Part shown: piece after piece, positions 57,235 through 60,694 of the stretch
Layout: the number at the start of each line of letters is the position of its first letter
Numbering within the stretch: the first letter of the stretch is position 1
Virus record (IMG/VR): IMGVR_UViG_3300026774_000001
Location: 1 to 60,694 of that record
DNA from: a virus
Direction: 5' to 3' (one strand)
Length of the DNA: 60,694 bases
Notes under the pieces: generated by a model
The model's input: only the letters and a program-made list of their open reading frames with translations
Database searches by the model: none
What the model was told of the DNA's origin: nothing
Program-made: the position numbers and the translations under genes

Positions 57235-57519
57235 CTAGGGGTTGTCCCTGTGGAACGCAGCCCGGTGGGCAAGCCACTCGGGGCCGCCCGCCTCGTACAT
57301 CTTCCACAGGTCGAAAGCGCCGTTGTCGTAGCGTCGGTGCTCTCGCATGTATGCAGCCTCTTCGCACAGCGTTTCGCGAGCGATGATCGGACGCACAGCG
57401 GCCACAACGGCGTGAGCCAACTCCTCATGCCGTTCGCTACCTTCGGTCCACTCGCTGCCCTCTTCGTAGAGGAGAACGTCAGCGGCAGCGCGTTCGGCCT
57501 CTGTGAGTTCGTTGCTCAT
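57235..57519 (-). CDS. hypothetical acidic protein (94 aa)
   Basis: ORF track. Confidence 0.6.
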   Translation of the reverse strand: MSNELTEAERAAADVLLYEEGSEWTEGSERHEELAHAVVAAVRPIIARETLCEEAAYMREHRRYDNGAFDLWKMYEAGGPEWLAHRAAFHRDNP

Positions 57520-57680
57520 CGCGTCCTCGTCTTCATGCTTTTGAGCACCAGTTCAGCACCGCAGGTCTGGCACCAGAACTCATCGTGGGTTTCGCCATCA
57601 GCAACACGGATCCCATCGGTCCAGGGAGCCCAGCGGTAGCAGTACGTGCACCGGTATTCGGTTTCGGTCCGCGTGGTCAT
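57516..57680 (-). CDS. zinc-ribbon protein (54 aa)
   Basis: CTYC...CQTC; ATGA overlap. Confidence 0.5.
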   Translation of the reverse strand: MTTRTETEYRCTYCYRWAPWTDGIRVADGETHDEFWCQTCGAELVLKSMKTRTR

Positions 57681-57681
57681 G

Positions 57682-57843
57682 TCAGCGCCCCTCTTCGAAC
57701 GGCCTGCGGTGCATGCCCCGCTTGGCGTTCTCGACCCGCGTTTCCCGCTTCACGTCGCGCTTCGCAGCGCGGTCGTCGCGGGCGGTGCGGGTGGTCGGTT
57801 CGTGTCGTTCGGGGTTGGGCTGTCGGTTGTGCCAGAGTGCCAT
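57682..57843 (-). CDS. basic small protein (53 aa)
   Basis: SD gaagga; MALWHNRQPNPERHEPTTR... Confidence 0.4.
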   Translation of the reverse strand: MALWHNRQPNPERHEPTTRTARDDRAAKRDVKRETRVENAKRGMHRRPFEEGR

Positions 57844-57846
57844 CTT

Positions 57847-58008
57847 CTAGTCCTTCTCGTGTTTCATGCAGCGGCAAACACCGCTGTGGGGGAGCTGGGA
57901 AGCAACACGCTTGTATTCGCTCCACTGCCCTTGGAAGTACACTTCGACCTTCCCGTCTCGGATGCGAACGGCACCCTCTTCGTCAGGAACGGGATTTTCG
58001 TCGGTCAT
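57847..58008 (-). CDS. small protein (53 aa)
   Basis: SD aaagga; MTDENPVPDEEGAVRIRDGK... Confidence 0.45.
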   Translation of the reverse strand: MTDENPVPDEEGAVRIRDGKVEVYFQGQWSEYKRVASQLPHSGVCRCMKHEKD

Positions 58009-58166
58009 CGTTCAGTCCTTTTCGTGTACCGATCGGTACCCGTACCGGAACACTGACGCGGCGCGTCATGTGGCCCGTGGGTTCCATCGTTGTGTGCGGA
58101 AAGGTTCCCGTCTGCCTTGATGCGGGCACGCCTCCCGCAGATACCGCATGTCACAGTGGTTGTCAT
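58005..58166 (-). CDS. small zinc-ribbon protein, family member 2 (53 aa)
   Basis: VTCGICGRRARIKADGNLSAHNDG...CSGTG; ATGA overlap. Confidence 0.5.
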   Translation of the reverse strand: MTTTVTCGICGRRARIKADGNLSAHNDGTHGPHDAPRQCSGTGTDRYTKRTER

Positions 58167-58169
58167 CGT

Positions 58170-58382
58170 TCAGTCCTCTTTCGTGTCGTCGTCAACGTCT
58201 TCAGGTGCAGGCTGGTGTGGGTAGTTCTCCCACTCGCGACGCTGGATGATCGATTCTGCGGCGTACAGCGCCCCGTCGATGCTTTCGTCAGCACCGGACG
58301 AACCGAACCCTACTTCGGTAAAATCGTCCTCCCCGTCGCGGCAGCGGGTGATCGAGAAGTCGATACGGTACTCGGTTGTCAC
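58170..58382 (-). CDS. acidic hypothetical protein (70 aa)
   Basis: ORF track (GTG start). Confidence 0.55.
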   Translation of the reverse strand: MTTEYRIDFSITRCRDGEDDFTEVGFGSSGADESIDGALYAAESIIQRREWENYPHQPAPEDVDDDTKED

Positions 58383-58531
58383 TTTTCGGCCTCTTCCGCG
58401 TTGTTCAGCTTCGCACGTGCCGCTTCGGCCTTATCGAGCAATTCTCCCCAGGTCACACCCGTAGCGGGATCCGGGATTGCTGCCCGGTACTCCTCTTCGG
58501 TTTCGAATCGACTGTTCGGGTAGTAACTCAT
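58379..58531 (-). CDS. small protein (50 aa)
   Basis: 4-nt overlaps at both ends; MSYYPNSRFETEEEYRAAIPD... Confidence 0.45.
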   Translation of the reverse strand: MSYYPNSRFETEEEYRAAIPDPATGVTWGELLDKAEAARAKLNNAEEAEK

Positions 58532-58701
58532 CGTCCGTCTTCCTTCTCTGTGTCGTCAACGGGCACCAACCGATACCCGAGGTTTTCCGCCTGCGCTTCG
58601 AGCATGACCAGGCGTTGTTTCCGCTTGTCGTCTTCGGTCTTGCCCTTCCACCTCGCCTGCGCGGCGTTGCGGGCGCGTTCGACGCGTTGTTCCTTGTCCA
58701 T
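58528..58701 (-). CDS. small protein (57 aa), paralog of 56918..57091
   Basis: ATG 58701 with SD aagga; MDKEQRVERARNAAQARWKG...LGYRLVPVDDTEKEDGR. Confidence 0.5.
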   Translation of the reverse strand: MDKEQRVERARNAAQARWKGKTEDDKRKQRLVMLEAQAENLGYRLVPVDDTEKEDGR

Positions 58702-58709
58702 TTGTGTCC

Positions 58710-58862
58710 TTAGTTGCCGGGGTGGGTGCCGCTGCGGTTGCAGTGCGACGCCCAAGGGCTACCGGGATATTGCGGACGCCCATCGTTGTGGTGCCAGATG
58801 GTGCCGTTCTTTCGGAGCGCGATGAACTTGCCGCATCCGGGGCACTTCACGCGTTGTCGCAT
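58710..58862 (-). CDS. small zinc-ribbon protein, family member 3 (50 aa)
   Basis: VKCPGCGKFIALRKNGTIWHHNDG...CNRSG. Confidence 0.5.
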   Translation of the reverse strand: MRQRVKCPGCGKFIALRKNGTIWHHNDGRPQYPGSPWASHCNRSGTHPGN

Positions 58863-58892
58863 GTCTTGCTCCTCTCGTTAGCAAGCATCCTA

Positions 58893-59774
58893 TCACACGT
58901 TCCCGGCTCGCCTGCCCGCCTGCCAGCCGCTTTCGAACGTCCTACGTTGGGATGACTCATCATCGTTCGCCCCGATGGAGAACATGACGGTCCGAAGCTC
59001 GGACCACGCCTCATCAGCGCTCATGGTGCCCATCTTCCCGAGCCGGTACGCGGCGACGTTCAGTTCGTTGTTGCGGGTCCCCGGTGCCGCGTTCCCGAGC
59101 CGGTCAAGCACCCGTTCGGCTTCGCGCTCTGCTGCAGCACTGCCCGGTTCGAACTGCGGTTCGTATCGCTCCGCACGCTCAGGCTTGCGCGTCAACTCCA
59201 CGAGCCAATCGGGAGCCGGGAGGATCATCGTACGCCTGATACCGTCCCGCGGGACCACTTGATAGCCTCCGCAGCCCGGAGCTTTCACGAGGCCCCCGAT
59301 GCCCTTCACGTCCAGGTTTGGTGCCAGGTGGCCGGATGAGTCGCTGCGAACGCCGCCTTCTGCGTCTGCGATCTCGTCCCAGCGGAAGTAGAGGTGCGCC
59401 CCGCCCGAGGGCGTGGCGACGGTCATGGTTCGGGTGAACTCCTCGACGCCAGCGCCGTTCACCTTTGCGAGGTCGCGGAACACCTCGAACCCGTTGATAC
59501 CGTGCTTGGTATCAATGTCCAAGATCCACACCCCCGAACCGGGCCCCGTGGCGATCCCCACGGGATACCCTGTGAACTCCCCGCCTGCCCACCACTCCCG
59601 GATCTGGTCGAGATCAGCAGTGGCGCGTTCTTTCCAGCCTTCGATGGCGGGGCGCTTGGTTCCGGGAACCAGCGGAAAGACCTTGAACCCGAGCTGCGAG
59701 CAGGCGTACGCCACCGCTCCTGAGCTGGGAGCTTGCCCCCCGGCTGCGGTTTCATCGAACTTTACAGTAGTCAC
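58893..59774 (-). CDS. bifunctional primase-polymerase (Prim-Pol, AEP family) (293 aa)
   Basis: GFKVFPLVPGTKRPAIEGW...WILDIDTKHG (DxD)...GGAHLYF pattern; GTG start. Confidence 0.85.
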   Translation of the reverse strand: MTTVKFDETAAGGQAPSSGAVAYACSQLGFKVFPLVPGTKRPAIEGWKERATADLDQIREWWAGGEFTGYPVGIATGPGSGVWILDIDTKHGINGFEVFRDLAKVNGAGVEEFTRTMTVATPSGGAHLYFRWDEIADAEGGVRSDSSGHLAPNLDVKGIGGLVKAPGCGGYQVVPRDGIRRTMILPAPDWLVELTRKPERAERYEPQFEPGSAAAEREAERVLDRLGNAAPGTRNNELNVAAYRLGKMGTMSADEAWSELRTVMFSIGANDDESSQRRTFESGWQAGRRAGNV

Positions 59775-59823
59775 ATCATCACTCTTTCATCTTCGATCGT
59801 CGTTGTTCAAGCTTACCCGCGTC

Positions 59824-59832
59824 TGATACCAT
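59824..59832 (+). promoter_or_regulatory. extended -10 box TGaTACCAT
   Basis: In divergent region 59775-59892, upstream of GTG 59893. Confidence 0.4.
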
Positions 59833-59892
59833 TGCGCTACCGGGACAACCCGCTGACGATTGCAATGATCGAAGATGATGAAGGGACACACC

Positions 59893-60033
59893 GTGAGTAA
59901 CAACGACATGGGGATGTACGAGGACCCTGCGGTCCTCAAGGCGATCCGGGAACACCTCGCCGAGCAGGCACGCGAATCTCACCAGGATGACTGGTACGAA
60001 ACCGACGAACGACACGAAGATGAGGAGAACTAG
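59893..60033 (+). CDS. acidic small protein (46 aa)
   Basis: GTG start; VSNNDMGMYEDPAVLKAIREHLAEQ... Confidence 0.4.
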   Translation: MSNNDMGMYEDPAVLKAIREHLAEQARESHQDDWYETDERHEDEEN

Positions 60034-60034
60034 C

Positions 60035-60610
60035 ATGGATGTGTACCGAGATGATGAGGCGCGAGAGGCTGCCACCAAGGGCTGGGGGGACGAACCCCTG
60101 GACGTGGTTTCGGACGAGTTCGCGGAGTTCGCAGCGGAAGAGTGCGAATTCGACGACCCCACCGTGAAGGACTTCACCGTTTCCGGGCAGCCGTTCACTG
60201 GGCGTGTACTGGGATTCGGTTCCTCCCGCCACCAGAACGGCACCCACAACGGGCACATGCCCGGTACGGTGCTGCCCCGCGGGCAGACGTGCTCCGCGTG
60301 CCGGTGGGCCGATGTGGCGATCATGGGCGTGAACACTGACGACAACGTTCCTATGTTCCTCGTACTGACCATCGGCAAGTCCACGATCCCCGGCGAGGAC
60401 CAGCGGGTGTCGACCACGTGGACGCCCGACGCTCTTGAAGTCCTCAAGTCCCTGTACGTCAAGAGCAAGAACGGGCACCCCCCGAAGATCCCGATCCCGA
60501 ACGCCACCGCGTTCCGCGCCGCCGCGGCTGTCGACAAGTCGATTGATCGCGTGTTGGAGCGGTTCGAGGACATGGTGCCGCTGGTGCCGGAAGATGACAT
60601 CTTCGGGTGA
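60035..60610 (+). CDS. hypothetical protein (191 aa); 3' end lies in the terminal repeat
   Basis: ATG 60035 with SD gaggag; stop 60608-60610 equals nt 13-15. Confidence 0.65.
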   Translation: MDVYRDDEAREAATKGWGDEPLDVVSDEFAEFAAEECEFDDPTVKDFTVSGQPFTGRVLGFGSSRHQNGTHNGHMPGTVLPRGQTCSACRWADVAIMGVNTDDNVPMFLVLTIGKSTIPGEDQRVSTTWTPDALEVLKSLYVKSKNGHPPKIPIPNATAFRAAAAVDKSIDRVLERFEDMVPLVPEDDIFG

Positions 60611-60694
60611 CACAGGCCCCGACTTGCACGCAACGGCGCACCATGATAGATTTGACAGGTCTCACCAAGCTTTCGAGCTACGGGGGCCGGAAAC
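60596..60694. repeat. 99-bp terminal direct repeat, right copy (= 1..99)
   Basis: Exact identity with nt 1-99. Confidence 0.95.

Noticed and set aside
1-60694. Temperate lifestyle / prophage or integrative element
   Set aside because: I found no tyrosine or serine integrase motifs, no CI/Cro-like divergent pair, no ParAB and no attP-like core. The Xis-like HTH proteins (1678, 44966) are too generic. Lifestyle remains undetermined rather than shown to be lytic.

Overview
The window is a complete, GC-rich (roughly 60-65% by eye) tailed-phage genome. It has 60,595 unique bp plus an exact 99-bp end overlap (1-99 = 60596-60694), so the molecule is circular or circularly permuted. Gene content points to a siphovirus-type actinobacteriophage: a WhiB-like regulator, an M15 + PG_binding_1 endolysin with no LysB-type esterase, a long tape measure, a G/T chaperone frameshift, and no sheath gene.

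There are four transcription blocks:
1. Plus strand, 59893 -> wrap -> 18227. This carries small early genes, an HNH endonuclease, family-A DNA polymerase, a RuvC-like resolvase, an SNF2 helicase, a Cas4-like nuclease, an AAA_24 ATPase, a DUF669-like protein, a tRNA cluster, an RNA ligase, a DUF2637-like/membrane/FtsK-TraB-like module, and WhiB.
2. Minus strand, 47242 -> 18224. This carries small genes, TerL, a lysis cassette, portal, a MuF-protease fusion, capsid, a glycosyltransferase/methyltransferase island, connector genes, chaperones, tape measure and tail fibres.
3. Plus strand, 47446 -> 53465. About 18 small genes sit in terminator/extended -10 promoter cassettes.
4. Minus strand, 59774 -> 53804. 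This carries Prim-Pol, a train of ~50-aa ORFs and a D5-like helicase, followed by a ~460-bp iteron/AT-rich region (putative origin).

I found no integrase, repressor or partition genes.

The most unusual content is the FtsK/TraB-like translocase module (13.1-17.0 kb). It is embedded in two dense arrays of alternating-GC palindromes (core GCGCGCGC, up to GAATGCGCGCGCATTC). These arrays flank an intergenic array of the 8-mer GGCACACC, which resembles actinomycete plasmid TraB/clt systems.

Other notable items:
- A dispersed 14-bp motif, TGACCTGCGRAAAC.
- Duplicated promoter/leader cassettes with the -35 box in a hairpin loop.
- A tRNA region with six T-arms but only two complete tRNAs, next to an RNA ligase.
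- A virion-glycosylation-type island.
- A lysis cassette between terminase and portal.

All functional calls come from motif recognition by eye. No database searches were run.
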